The position numbers were made by a program, and so were the translations under genes. The notes beneath the pieces were generated by a model that saw only the letters and a list, made by a program, of their open reading frames with translations, made no database searches and was not told the DNA's origin. A stretch of DNA of 64,000 bases from assembly GCA_963693055.1 (NCBI GenBank), contig OY843751.1, forward strand, positions 2,784,001-2,848,000. Reading direction: 5' to 3'. The first letter of the stretch is position 1; each line of letters opens with the position of its first letter. Below, piece by piece: positions 30,245 to 40,788 of the stretch. The DNA is from a bacterium (lineage in GTDB: Bacteria; Zhuqueibacterota; Zhuqueibacteria; Residuimicrobiales; Krinioviventaceae).

Positions 30245-30263
30245 ATTAAATCGGAAAGGATTG

Positions 30264-31631
30264 TTATAAAAATGCCTTCTGATCTAATAATGTGTTTTTT
30301 AATTTTTCAGTATTAATAAATGCCGGCATTTTCTTATCTTTTAATGCAATTGCTGCTGCAGTGCCCGCAGCCTGGCCAATACCCCATACAATGGGCTGCA
30401 CCCGCAATGATGAATGGGCTGCATGGTCTGAAGAAATGCATCGCGATGCAATGATGAGATTGTCAACATTCAGAGGAACAATACATCTATAAGGTATCTG
30501 GTAAAAAGTCCCATCTTTTAAATAATGGATTTCTGTGCCCGTACCTGTAGGATTATGAATATCAATTTCATATGACGCACAAACGATTGCATCATCAAAT
30601 TTGCGAGTATCGATCACATCCTCTTTTGTTAATTTGTAATGACCTATAATCCGTCTGGATTCCCGAACCCCAATCTGAGTTCCCATTTTCATCAAATAAG
30701 AATTCTCAAATCCCTTAATATTCTTTACTAGAAAACGGACCATATCATCAACCTGGCGGCGGCCTTCGATTTCAGCATCAGTAGATTCCCAACCGTCCAG
30801 AGATGATTTGCCGATAATACGGGTCGTATTGAAATGAACAACATCCTTGTGTACTGTTTTAAATTTCAATACATTTTCACGTGGATTCCTGACCGTTCCT
30901 TCAGCTTTGGCTTTATCGTACAGTGCATTAATTTCTTCTCTGGGGGGAACGCGATCAGTATCTACATTTGCCATTCGAAAGCTCATAGTCATGGGTTGAA
31001 ATGCATTATCTGCTTCCCTTCCAATCTCAAAAGGGGCCCCTGCCCATGTCGCAATATCTCCATCACCTGTCGAATCAATAAATATATCCGCACTAATATC
31101 TTCAATACCTCCCTTGTGAAAGACTTTGACTGCTTTAATAGTATTTCCATCTTTTAACACGCCAAAAGCGCTGGTATGTAAAAGCATATCAACACCAGAA
31201 TCCATCACAAAACGGTCTAAAAGCCACTTCATAGGTTCAGCATCAAAGCTCTTTCTGTTTTCAAGTATTGCTCCATTTTCAAGCATAATATCAACAAATT
31301 CTTCAAACAAGCCGCGTATGATGATTTTATCACCAGCGTTGTATTTCATATAGGGTTGTACCAATGCGCTAGTTGCCATACCTCCTAAAAAACCATATTT
31401 TTCAACAAGTAAAACCCTGGCACCATTGCGCGCTGCTGCAACTGCTGCCGGTACACCTCCAGGCCCCCCACCAATCACTACAACATCCCAATGTTTCATT
31501 TTAACCTTTTCAGGTTTGCTAGCAGTTTGCGCAAAACCTTCAATACCAGAAAATAAAAGTCCGGCAGTTGATAAGGATTTTAGAAAAAAACGTCTATCTG
31601 TTAACAGGTTCTTACTCATTATTTTTCCCAT
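30264..31631 (-). CDS. FAD-dependent oxidoreductase (PF12831-like) with Tat signal
   Basis: RRFFLK; VVVIGGGPGG, FIDSTGDGD, VRESRRIIG, IPYRC. Confidence 0.85.
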   Translation of the reverse strand: MGKIMSKNLLTDRRFFLKSLSTAGLLFSGIEGFAQTASKPEKVKMKHWDVVVIGGGPGGVPAAVAAARNGARVLLVEKYGFLGGMATSALVQPYMKYNAGDKIIIRGLFEEFVDIMLENGAILENRKSFDAEPMKWLLDRFVMDSGVDMLLHTSAFGVLKDGNTIKAVKVFHKGGIEDISADIFIDSTGDGDIATWAGAPFEIGREADNAFQPMTMSFRMANVDTDRVPPREEINALYDKAKAEGTVRNPRENVLKFKTVHKDVVHFNTTRIIGKSSLDGWESTDAEIEGRRQVDDMVRFLVKNIKGFENSYLMKMGTQIGVRESRRIIGHYKLTKEDVIDTRKFDDAIVCASYEIDIHNPTGTGTEIHYLKDGTFYQIPYRCIVPLNVDNLIIASRCISSDHAAHSSLRVQPIVWGIGQAAGTAAAIALKDKKMPAFINTEKLKNTLLDQKAFL

Positions 31632-32094
31632 TTTTTGTTTTCATGTCAATGTGCATAATGCCATCTTCATCATACGGTTCGGAATATTGTTCAAATCCAA
31701 ATATTTCATAAAAAGCTTCAAGATGTTGTTGAGCGGATAAATGTATATCCATTCCCGGATAGAGTTTTTCTGTCTGCCGAATAGCTTCTTTTAACAATAA
31801 TTTCCCTATGCCGGTACCCCTTACTTTTGATGTTGTAATAATCCTGCCAATTGATGGACCGTTGAATCGGGCTCCCGGAAAAACAATTCTTGCATAGGCA
31901 ACAAGTTGACTATCAAGAAATCCCATCAAATGCCAGGATTGTTGGTCCAAATAATCCGCTTCCTGAAACGGGCAGTTTTGCTCTACAACGAATATTGCCT
32001 GACGTTCAGCAAGAATGGTATATAATTCATCTATTGTCAAATCTACAAAAGATTTAAACTTCCATTCAATGTTGACTTGAGGTGTATGTTTCAA
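31612..32094 (-). CDS. elaA: ElaA-family GNAT acetyltransferase
   Basis: LY..L..RQ.IFVVEQNCP, IGR, AQ.HL..FY..FGF, YDEDGIMHIDM. Confidence 0.85.
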   Translation of the reverse strand: MKHTPQVNIEWKFKSFVDLTIDELYTILAERQAIFVVEQNCPFQEADYLDQQSWHLMGFLDSQLVAYARIVFPGARFNGPSIGRIITTSKVRGTGIGKLLLKEAIRQTEKLYPGMDIHLSAQQHLEAFYEIFGFEQYSEPYDEDGIMHIDMKTKNGKNNE

Positions 32095-33722
32095 TTCAAC
32101 TCCCTGACAATTATTCTGAATTCTTCATTACCTGTTAATGTAACTTTAAAACCATCCAGCAATTGGTTGCCGCTTAAAACATTACTTTCTCCATCACTGG
32201 TTGCTATTCGATAAGATTTATCCTTATCTACCGTAAACCATTCCGGAAACTGATTGATACGTGGATAGTCATCCGGTATATGCATTATCTCCTGATGACG
32301 CTTACGATCAAATAAAATCTTTCCATCCCAAATATCCGTACTGCTAACCGAGAGTAACAAATATCCTTTTTGTTTTTCAGCTCCAATCAGCACATCTTTT
32401 CTCCAGGGGAAAATCCACGTACCCTGAGTTTTCCAAAGCGCATACATGATGGATGTACGTGCAAAATTTCCATCCCCATGCCAACCCTCAACAATACCAT
32501 TCTCTTGTTGTTTGGTCCACATGATTTGAGTTTGATTGTCCATCCATTTGTCTACTCCGGGTACTGGTTCACGATTATAAAGATTCAATCCACTCTCTAT
32601 AGCATCAGCAAAACCATCCGCGCTATTATTCTCCCAGTCAAAATTGCGATAATGTTCATTCAGATTTGATAATACCTTGAGCACGGCATCACGATATTTT
32701 TTATCGTGATCAACCAGGTATACCGTATAAAAACCATTATAATTATAACCCCATGTATCACACAGATCACCGCTATTTTCACCTGTTTGTGGATTAAAGG
32801 TATTGTACAACATGCCATGCTCGTTACGTCCAACCTCCAAGACTCTGTCAAGCATGCGATGAATTGGAGCCGTATATTGTGCTTTTTTTTCAGGAGCAGC
32901 TTTGCTAATTGTGTAATAAAACTCGGTCAATCCGGATAATACCTCGCATCCATGGTCACGTAGCCTTAATTTTGTTTCTGAATCTGTAGGATGATGATCA
33001 AAAAGATAATAATTACCTAATCGTTCAGCATATTCCAGGTATTCTGCATTTCCGGTCATCCAATACAATCTAGATAAAACCTGAAGCATTTCTCCATTTA
33101 ATTCCTGATTTTCTGAGGGGATTTTCCCATATTTTGTATCAACAGGAGCATATTTCCAGATATCATTTACAATATCAATCATTCTGTCAGCCCATGGCGA
33201 TTTACCCATCCATTCTGTCAGCGGCAGCAATCCGTCTTTGACATATTCAGAACTACCAAATAAAATATCTACCATATTAACAGTGGGTTTATTAAAAGAC
33301 TTTGTTTTGAAATTGTAGGTGTCCGGTAGATTACCAACCCGACTGGTCAGCTCTTTTTCATTATAGAGCATTTCAAGCATGGTGCCTTTTAACAGGTTTC
33401 TGTCTACAAAAGAAGCTGTGAGTACCATAAAGGGATAGTTGTCTGCAGCTGCATCTTTGGCGTTCCAAATAAGAGAATCTTTGGTAAGGTTTCTGGGAAT
33501 CAAACCGGTCGCGGGATCAGCATGATCAAGCCAGCCATAAACAAAATTTTCTGATCGAACAAGTGCTTCATTTGCCAAAACAGCATTCTGTTTTACAATT
33601 TCAAATTTTTCAGATTTCAACAACTGCTTACTTTTATATTGACTACAGGATATAAACAACAAACCAACCAACAAAAGCACTCGTAATTTCATTGCATGAC
33701 TCCTGTTAAAAATGAATTTCAT
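32091..33722 (-). CDS. Hypothetical lipoprotein, probable (alpha/alpha)6 glycosidase-like
   Basis: Lipobox FISC; WNAKDAAADNYPF, LRDHGCE, EGWHGDGNFART blocks; located in a glycan gene cluster. Confidence 0.55.
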   Translation of the reverse strand: MKFIFNRSHAMKLRVLLLVGLLFISCSQYKSKQLLKSEKFEIVKQNAVLANEALVRSENFVYGWLDHADPATGLIPRNLTKDSLIWNAKDAAADNYPFMVLTASFVDRNLLKGTMLEMLYNEKELTSRVGNLPDTYNFKTKSFNKPTVNMVDILFGSSEYVKDGLLPLTEWMGKSPWADRMIDIVNDIWKYAPVDTKYGKIPSENQELNGEMLQVLSRLYWMTGNAEYLEYAERLGNYYLFDHHPTDSETKLRLRDHGCEVLSGLTEFYYTISKAAPEKKAQYTAPIHRMLDRVLEVGRNEHGMLYNTFNPQTGENSGDLCDTWGYNYNGFYTVYLVDHDKKYRDAVLKVLSNLNEHYRNFDWENNSADGFADAIESGLNLYNREPVPGVDKWMDNQTQIMWTKQQENGIVEGWHGDGNFARTSIMYALWKTQGTWIFPWRKDVLIGAEKQKGYLLLSVSSTDIWDGKILFDRKRHQEIMHIPDDYPRINQFPEWFTVDKDKSYRIATSDGESNVLSGNQLLDGFKVTLTGNEEFRIIVRELN

Positions 33723-33725
33723 TTG

Positions 33726-35630
33726 TTATGCGTAACAACGAACTTGGAATATCCTTGCTAACTTGTCTCCCTGGGTATTGTATATCTGAATTTTAATTTT
33801 TTCAATCTTAATGGGTTTAAAAGTAAAACGGCAAAGTCTAAGATAATTATTCCGCACCTGTTTCAGATTATGCCATTGATTGTTTGCATAATATTGAATG
33901 TCGAAATCTTTGACTGTTTCAGGTTGCGGGCCTCTAATTTGCTTTTTGCATTGATTATCCTGGCCGGTAAGAAATAATAATCGATTTAATCCGCTGTCAA
34001 ATGTGATCTGAATAAATGATATTTCAATTTCATCCTTCCAATTCAATTCGATCCATTGTGGCATTGCATCAATGGGTGCCTGCCATTGATGGGTTAGGCC
34101 ATCCTCAATATTGCGGTTCCATCCATCAATGATTGAAATGGCTCTACCTGTAGGTGTTTCTGCTGAAGCAGTTATCGTTGCGGTTCTTGCCAGATCTAAA
34201 GGATCGGTATTGTTTATATTTAACAGTGATTGATCGTCAAGTAATAGTTTTTGCTGAAACTTTAGCAGCAAATCGGTATTTTTAACAATACCGTTATTGG
34301 CTAAATTGTGATTTACAGAAAAAGCAGCGGCTGTTCCTACTGCCTGTCCCATAGCAGCACAGGTTGCCATTACCCGTGTGGAAGAAAAAGCAACATGTGA
34401 AGCACTAATATTTCTGCCGGCCATCCACAAATTTTTTATGTTTGTGCTGTACAAACTTCGTAAAGGTATATTATAAGGTTTTTCGAATGTGATAGAAGAA
34501 TTTGGACTCTGAGCGGTTCTGTCCATGCCTTCAGGGGGATGATCATCCATTGGCCAACCGCCATAAGAAACCCGATCATCATACATTTCTTGCGCTTCCA
34601 TCTCCTGCTGCACCATTATGTGATCACCGGTAACACGCCGACTTTCTCTTTTTCCGGGAATCATTCCAACCCAATCTAATGCCCAGTTAGCAGAATCAGG
34701 ATGCTCACCACTGTTCTTAATATAATCCCATACACCCATCACAATACTCAACAATTCCTGACGGATTTTGCGATTATCATGAATGGTATCCAACTCTCCA
34801 CCCCATTCAATCCACCAGTAACCATACTCATAAGATCCAATATGACGATGTTTAAAATCTTTTTCGGTATATGATTTAGCCCAGACTGGCTTTTCAAAAG
34901 GCATAGGACGATCATGTTGTTTCGCAAAAAACATAATCGAGTTGCCCATCGTCTTGGAATCTGTTTTATCTGGAGCAAGTGATTCACCAAATACCTGTTT
35001 ACCTTCCCTGCCACGCATATATTTTGCTCCTGCGGCAGCAGCCAAGGATGAATCTCCGGTGCAGTCTATTACATGCTTGGCACGAATTGTATAGGTCTCT
35101 TCAAGTAAAGGACTAATAGCATCAACTTTATCAATTTTATCAAATGAAACATTCGCACCAATCACTGCAGTATCTAATAATAAGGTAATATTGGGTTCAG
35201 AGATGACCTTGTCATACATGACCAGGTCCCACATTTCAAATGAGCGTTGTGGATTGGTAGCAGCTTCGGTAAGTTTTAATTCTTCTATAATGCCTGTTTC
35301 TCGCCAGTTTTGCGTCATTGTGTGATTATTGGTACCCAGAATATGCATTCTAATTTCACTGCTTCCATTACCACCCAATCTGGACCTATTTTGAACAAGA
35401 ATAACTTTGGCTCCATTTCTCGCAGCAGCTATTGCAGCGCAAACTCCAGCCATACCTCCACCGGCAACCAGAACATCGGTTTCCAGTTGAGAGTCTTTAT
35501 AAACATGAGTATCAATATTTCCTATCAGTTTTTCTTGTGAAGAATTGGCGGCAATTGACGCGCCTGTGGTTAAAAATCCTGTCGATCCTACCCCTAAAAT
35601 TTTAATAAAACCTCTGCGGTCTGTATCCAT
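33726..35630 (-). CDS. Tat-exported FAD-dependent oxidoreductase with C-terminal discoidin/CBM-like domain
   Basis: RRGFIK; GGGMAGVCAAIAAAR, LGGN.SSEIR, IDCTGD, PGKRESRR, STRVMATC. Confidence 0.85.
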   Translation of the reverse strand: MDTDRRGFIKILGVGSTGFLTTGASIAANSSQEKLIGNIDTHVYKDSQLETDVLVAGGGMAGVCAAIAAARNGAKVILVQNRSRLGGNGSSEIRMHILGTNNHTMTQNWRETGIIEELKLTEAATNPQRSFEMWDLVMYDKVISEPNITLLLDTAVIGANVSFDKIDKVDAISPLLEETYTIRAKHVIDCTGDSSLAAAAGAKYMRGREGKQVFGESLAPDKTDSKTMGNSIMFFAKQHDRPMPFEKPVWAKSYTEKDFKHRHIGSYEYGYWWIEWGGELDTIHDNRKIRQELLSIVMGVWDYIKNSGEHPDSANWALDWVGMIPGKRESRRVTGDHIMVQQEMEAQEMYDDRVSYGGWPMDDHPPEGMDRTAQSPNSSITFEKPYNIPLRSLYSTNIKNLWMAGRNISASHVAFSSTRVMATCAAMGQAVGTAAAFSVNHNLANNGIVKNTDLLLKFQQKLLLDDQSLLNINNTDPLDLARTATITASAETPTGRAISIIDGWNRNIEDGLTHQWQAPIDAMPQWIELNWKDEIEISFIQITFDSGLNRLLFLTGQDNQCKKQIRGPQPETVKDFDIQYYANNQWHNLKQVRNNYLRLCRFTFKPIKIEKIKIQIYNTQGDKLARIFQVRCYA

Positions 35631-35778
35631 AAATGGTCCTGACTAATTGAAAGAAAAGTTACAGTTTATTTTACAGATAATTTCAATATATAAAAAAGAA
35701 ACTGATAATTCAAATAATAAAAAAACTTGAAACTGCTCAATATTTACAGTATTTTAGTGTTTTATATTTGGAAATATT

Positions 35779-36795
35779 ATGGATAGATTGAAAAAACTTT
35801 ATATTGATACATTTGGACATCCTCCCAATACCATTAATCAATTAAAAGGTGATGGTTCGGATCGGCAAATTTACAGGATTGTAAAAAACAATAACAGTAT
35901 TATTGGTATACTGGGAAATAATATACCTGAAAACCATGCTTTCATCTCTTTTTCTAGACAAATGAAATCCATAGGTTTGGCTGTTCCTGACATTATAGCT
36001 GTTAATGATGATGAAACCGTATACCTTGAAACTGATTTTGGTGATATAACATTATATGATTTCATAAAGCAAGAAAACGGATTTACTGAAAATACTATAA
36101 ATGTTTATAAACTCGTTTTAACAGAATTGCCCAAATTCCAGATAAACTTGCATCTAAATCTGGATTACTCGGTGTGCTATCAGCAGGACGTTTTTGGAAT
36201 TGAAACAATTACCAACGATTTTAATTATTTTAAACAACGATTCCTTTTTCCTTTTTATAAGGAAAAAGTTGATTTTGAATTCATTGACAGTGAATTCCAA
36301 GCTCTTCTTAAAGTACTTGTTGAGGCCCCAAATGAATATTTTCTTTATCGTGATTTTCAATCACGCAATATAATGTTTGTATCAAATACCCCTCATTTCA
36401 TAGATTATCAATCCGGACGACGAGGAGCCTTACAATATGATCTGGCTTCTTTATTATACGATGCCAAAGCACGTGTACCAGAGCCGGTAAGAAAAATTTT
36501 GATTGAACATTATCAGGACGAGCTTGAAAAGTATATATCAATAGATCGAGACGAATTCATGTACTACTTTTATCCCTTTGTCTGGATCCGTATTATGCAA
36601 GCTTTGGGTGCATATGGGTTTCTATCTCAACATAAAGGAAAAACCTCCTTTTTGCAAAACATTCCATTAGCGCTGGATAATATTCAATTGTTACTCACAC
36701 AAAATACAATAATGGACAACTTTGAAAGTTTAAAAACAGTTTTTATAAATCTGGTTAATGACAATTCTCTTCATAGATTGGAAAAGATAAAATGA
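35779..36795 (+). CDS. amgK: AmgK-like anomeric MurNAc/GlcNAc kinase (APH phosphotransferase family)
   Basis: GDGSDRQIYR, YRDFQSRNIM, IDYQ, YDLASLL; adjacent to a nucleotidyltransferase. Confidence 0.7.
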   Translation: MDRLKKLYIDTFGHPPNTINQLKGDGSDRQIYRIVKNNNSIIGILGNNIPENHAFISFSRQMKSIGLAVPDIIAVNDDETVYLETDFGDITLYDFIKQENGFTENTINVYKLVLTELPKFQINLHLNLDYSVCYQQDVFGIETITNDFNYFKQRFLFPFYKEKVDFEFIDSEFQALLKVLVEAPNEYFLYRDFQSRNIMFVSNTPHFIDYQSGRRGALQYDLASLLYDAKARVPEPVRKILIEHYQDELEKYISIDRDEFMYYFYPFVWIRIMQALGAYGFLSQHKGKTSFLQNIPLALDNIQLLLTQNTIMDNFESLKTVFINLVNDNSLHRLEKIK

Positions 36796-37202
36796 AAGAA
36801 ACATTAAATATATCTATTCACAGTTTTGGGTATAAAAAATCAGGAATTCCCCGTGATGAGACTGAGAACAATGGTGGATTTGTGTTCGATTGCCGGGGAT
36901 TGCCGAACCCTGGCAGACTGGAAGCATTAAAAAAAAGCACAGGACTTGAAGAGAATGTTCGTAATTTCCTCGAGTCACATGCTACAGTAAAAGCGTTTAT
37001 TGATCTGGCATTATCGATTGTACAAATCAATATAGATAATTACATCGAAAGAGATTTTACCCATCTAATGATAAGCTTTGGTTGTACTGGCGGACAACAT
37101 CGATCAGTATATTGTGCAGATCAGGCATATAAATACCTTGTTAAAAATGGATACCAAACAACCATAATTCATCATGATAAACCTGAGGAATTCGGAAAAT
37201 GA
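36792..37202 (+). CDS. RapZ C-terminal domain protein
   Basis: SFGYK, VFDCRGLPNP, GCTGGQHRSV. Confidence 0.85.
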   Translation: MKETLNISIHSFGYKKSGIPRDETENNGGFVFDCRGLPNPGRLEALKKSTGLEENVRNFLESHATVKAFIDLALSIVQINIDNYIERDFTHLMISFGCTGGQHRSVYCADQAYKYLVKNGYQTTIIHHDKPEEFGK

Positions 37203-37945
37203 ATGCACTTGTTCTGGCTGCTGGATATGGTAAGCGCTTACGTCCAGTTACTGACTATATCCCCAAAGCATTGATTACGCTGCAAAACAAACCCCTGTTG
37301 TACATATTGTTAAAAAAACTAGAACGGCAAAAATTTACTAATATAATAATAAACGCTCACCATCTTGCCGAGCAGGTAGAAAAATATATTCAATCATATA
37401 GTAAAGAGAATAATAGCAACATCCTTGTAACAAGGGAACCTATATTAATGGACACCGGTGGCGGAATTAAAAACATGTTGCAGAAATTACCTAATGATGA
37501 ACCAGTATTGGTACATAATGTTGATATTATTTCAACACTTGACTTTAATCAATTCTATCAATCACATCTGAATTCCGGTGCGGCGGCAAGTCTTGCTGTA
37601 CAAAAACGAGATACCACACGTCCCCTGCTATTTGATGAAAATATGCATTTATGTGGCAAAAAATCCAAACACGATGGACAGTTTAATATTGTAAAATCGC
37701 CTTCAGGTACAATTGTCCAGTGGGCTTTTTGTGGAATTCAGGTAATACAACCTGAAATTTTTCTTGAATATCCCGCAAATCGGTTTTATAGCATTGATGT
37801 ATATACCAAAAACGCAGCTAAAAACAAAATCATCAAGGGCATAGATATTGGAACGAATTATTGGAAAGACCTTGGGACAAGTACAGATATTACGGAGGCA
37901 GAAAAAGAGATAGAATCGTTCCAGTTGGATATAAATTCTTTATGA
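37199..37945 (+). CDS. murU: MurU-like sugar-1-phosphate nucleotidyltransferase
   Basis: LAAGYGKRLRP.T...PKAL, N.HHL, DTGGG, W.DLGT. Confidence 0.7.
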   Translation: MNALVLAAGYGKRLRPVTDYIPKALITLQNKPLLYILLKKLERQKFTNIIINAHHLAEQVEKYIQSYSKENNSNILVTREPILMDTGGGIKNMLQKLPNDEPVLVHNVDIISTLDFNQFYQSHLNSGAAASLAVQKRDTTRPLLFDENMHLCGKKSKHDGQFNIVKSPSGTIVQWAFCGIQVIQPEIFLEYPANRFYSIDVYTKNAAKNKIIKGIDIGTNYWKDLGTSTDITEAEKEIESFQLDINSL

Positions 37946-38977
37946 CAATGAATAACTTGGCTGTTTTTTAAATAATTTACTAAATTTTTGCTGAGCAAAT
38001 TCAGAATATTGTTTTTTCTCATCATCATTCATGAATGACGCTTTTAATCCGTTTAAAACAATGTTCATCATGTCTTTTTCCCGCAAATTAAAATAAGAAG
38101 CCGCTTTTTGATATTCGCCTGTCAAAGATACTCCAAAAACTTCAGGATCGTCAGTATTAAGCGTTACCATTACTCCTTTATTATAAAATTGGGGAAAAGG
38201 ATGATCTTGTAAATTTTCACACACATTTAATTTAACATTACTTGTTAGACATTGTGTTAATGGAATATTGTTTTTCACCAAATATTCTACCAATAATTCA
38301 TCCTGAATAGCCTGTGTACCATGATCAATTCTATCAATTTCAAGTTTAGTAATCGCTTGCCATATACTTTCAGGTCCACCTATTTCCCCTGCATGTACAG
38401 TACAACTTAGATTATTCTGTTTTGCAAATTTATAGACTTGACGGAATTCTGCCATGGATCCGGTATTTTCATAACCCGACAAACCAATTCCAACAACAAG
38501 AGGATGATCAAGTTTAACAATTTCTTGAACCAGGTCCATAGCAGATTGTGCCCCAAAAGAGCGTTGAAGGTTCACAATCATCCTGGATTCAATTTGGTAA
38601 TGTTCTTTTGCTTCAATTACATTTTTGTAAATTGTATCAAGTATTTCCTTGATCGATAATCCTAAATTCTTGTATTTTTGTAATGCACAATCAAACTCTA
38701 CATACATAACCTGCTGCAAAGCCAGTGTTTCAAGTAATTCACGTGCAATTCGGCCAAGATGATCAGGGGTTTTAATATTATCAGACACTTTTTGCATACC
38801 GCGTATAAAGTTTTTCAGGTTACCATAGCGATATAGTCCCTTGATATGTATAGGATCAACATTTTGATGGTTGCAGTTGAATAAATATGAAGCAGTATCG
38901 GGTCTTATTGACCCTTCCAGATGTACATGTAGTTCAACTTTGGGCATATTTTTTATAAATTCATTCAAATTATACAC
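37940..38977 (-). CDS. add: Adenosine/adenine deaminase
   Basis: PKVELHVHLEGS, HAGE, RIDHG, TSN, NTDDP. Confidence 0.9.
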   Translation of the reverse strand: MYNLNEFIKNMPKVELHVHLEGSIRPDTASYLFNCNHQNVDPIHIKGLYRYGNLKNFIRGMQKVSDNIKTPDHLGRIARELLETLALQQVMYVEFDCALQKYKNLGLSIKEILDTIYKNVIEAKEHYQIESRMIVNLQRSFGAQSAMDLVQEIVKLDHPLVVGIGLSGYENTGSMAEFRQVYKFAKQNNLSCTVHAGEIGGPESIWQAITKLEIDRIDHGTQAIQDELLVEYLVKNNIPLTQCLTSNVKLNVCENLQDHPFPQFYNKGVMVTLNTDDPEVFGVSLTGEYQKAASYFNLREKDMMNIVLNGLKASFMNDDEKKQYSEFAQQKFSKLFKKQPSYSLS

Positions 38978-39274
38978 AAATAAATAACTCCATTGTTCAA
39001 ATTGAATTGAATAAAAGCAAAAATCAGGCTAGAGATTATTATAAATGTGAATTTTGAAATTTTTGACAAGCAAAATAAAGGTGGTTTAATATATTGTTAA
39101 ATATCAATTTACAAAAAAGTTTATATTTAAGTTGAAAAATATTTTTCTAAATAAAATAAATTCGATTACGACAATGCCTTATGTGATACAATTTTGTTAT
39201 TTAACGGACGCCTCGTTCCAATTAATAAAAAATTCTAATTACATTCTGCTCATCACATTTAATTATAACTGGAA

Positions 39275-39901
39275 TCAACTAAAAAAAAGATGCGGATACG
39301 CTCTAACTTTGCCCCAATCTTTCCAATCGTCAGATAATGTTACTAGTTTTTCAAAAGTATTGGTTATTTCATTTCGATCAACCCATTTAAATCCACTAAT
39401 GTTTTCAGATTTATCATGAACTACCGGTTCACCGTTTATATCTTTAATATTGAAAATATATGAAACGAATGGAAGTTTTTCTTGTTTGTGAGTTAGTAGA
39501 TAAAAGACCGCTCCAAGAAAAGAATAATCTGAATAAACAAATCCTGTTTCTTCATAAACTTCACGTTCAAGCGAAGGTATCAAGGCTTCATTCGCATTAA
39601 TACCTCCGCTCAATAATCTATAAACATTCTCAGGAAATTGAGTTTTTGTATGTAATAGTAATTGGCTTTGTATATTTTCCAAACCAAATACTATTTCACC
39701 TCTTCTGTCCTGTTTGTTTATTAAAAATTGAAAATAGCCATTATCAATTTCAAATTGGGTTATGTAAAATACTGAATCCGGAAAATTAAATTGTAGTTTT
39801 TTTAATTCTTTTGCATCAAGTTTAGGTGTGAAAATACTATTATCTACAATCGTCATGGGATCAATTATTTCCAGACCGGGTTCATGTATCATTCTAATCA
39901 T
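39275..39901 (-). CDS. NUDIX hydrolase
   Basis: GG....E......REVYEETG Nudix box. Confidence 0.85.
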   Translation of the reverse strand: MIRMIHEPGLEIIDPMTIVDNSIFTPKLDAKELKKLQFNFPDSVFYITQFEIDNGYFQFLINKQDRRGEIVFGLENIQSQLLLHTKTQFPENVYRLLSGGINANEALIPSLEREVYEETGFVYSDYSFLGAVFYLLTHKQEKLPFVSYIFNIKDINGEPVVHDKSENISGFKWVDRNEITNTFEKLVTLSDDWKDWGKVRAYPHLFFS

Positions 39902-39905
39902 TTCC

Positions 39906-40775
39906 TCAATTCAAAATATTTTTAACAGTTATTCCCATATCAGCAGGACTCTTGCAAACATGAACGCCTGCGGCTTCCAGAGCTGCTATTTTCTCGCTTG
40001 CTGTGCCTTTTCCACCAGAGATGATTGCACCAGCATGCCCCATTCGTCTTCCGGGAGGCGCGGTTTGACCGGCAATAAAAGAGACAACTGGTTTTTTCAT
40101 GTTGGTTTTAATATATTCAGCAGCTGCTTCTTCTGCACTTCCACCAATTTCTCCAATCATTATAACCGCATCAGTATCAGGATCATTATTAAAAAGCTCC
40201 AATGCATCAATAAACGGAGTCCCAATAATAGGATCTCCACCAATACCAATACATGTACTCTGCCCAAGTCCTAATTGAGTCAATTGGTTCACAGCTTCAT
40301 ATGTCAAAGTTCCACTTCGGGAAATCACACCAACCCTGCCAGGAGAATGGATAAATCCGGGCATAATTCCTATCTTGCATTGTCCTGGTGAGATAATACC
40401 GGGACAATTGGGGCCAATCAACCGGCTTCCCGTCTTTTTCAGGTATTCATTGACTTTGAGCATATCAGTAACAGGTATACCTTCAGTTATACAGACAATT
40501 AAATCGATACCTGCCTGAGCGCTCTCCATTATGGCATCTGCCGCAAAAGGTGGCGGCACAAAAATTACAGATGCATTTGCTTGTTGCTTATCTATTGCTT
40601 CTTCAATAGTATTATATATGGGTATCTTTTCAAAAGTTTGCCCCCCTTTGCCAGGTGTAACACCAGCTACAACCTGGGTACCATATTCAACCATTTGTTG
40701 AGTATGAAAAGAGCCTTCACCACCGGTAATACCCTGTACTACAACTCGTGTGTTTTTATTTGCTAAAATACTCAA
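39906..40775 (-). CDS. sucD: Succinyl-CoA synthetase alpha subunit
   Basis: [35 protein letters not shown]. Confidence 0.98.
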   Translation of the reverse strand: MSILANKNTRVVVQGITGGEGSFHTQQMVEYGTQVVAGVTPGKGGQTFEKIPIYNTIEEAIDKQQANASVIFVPPPFAADAIMESAQAGIDLIVCITEGIPVTDMLKVNEYLKKTGSRLIGPNCPGIISPGQCKIGIMPGFIHSPGRVGVISRSGTLTYEAVNQLTQLGLGQSTCIGIGGDPIIGTPFIDALELFNNDPDTDAVIMIGEIGGSAEEAAAEYIKTNMKKPVVSFIAGQTAPPGRRMGHAGAIISGGKGTASEKIAALEAAGVHVCKSPADMGITVKNILN

Positions 40776-40788
40776 TGTTTTCCCCTTT

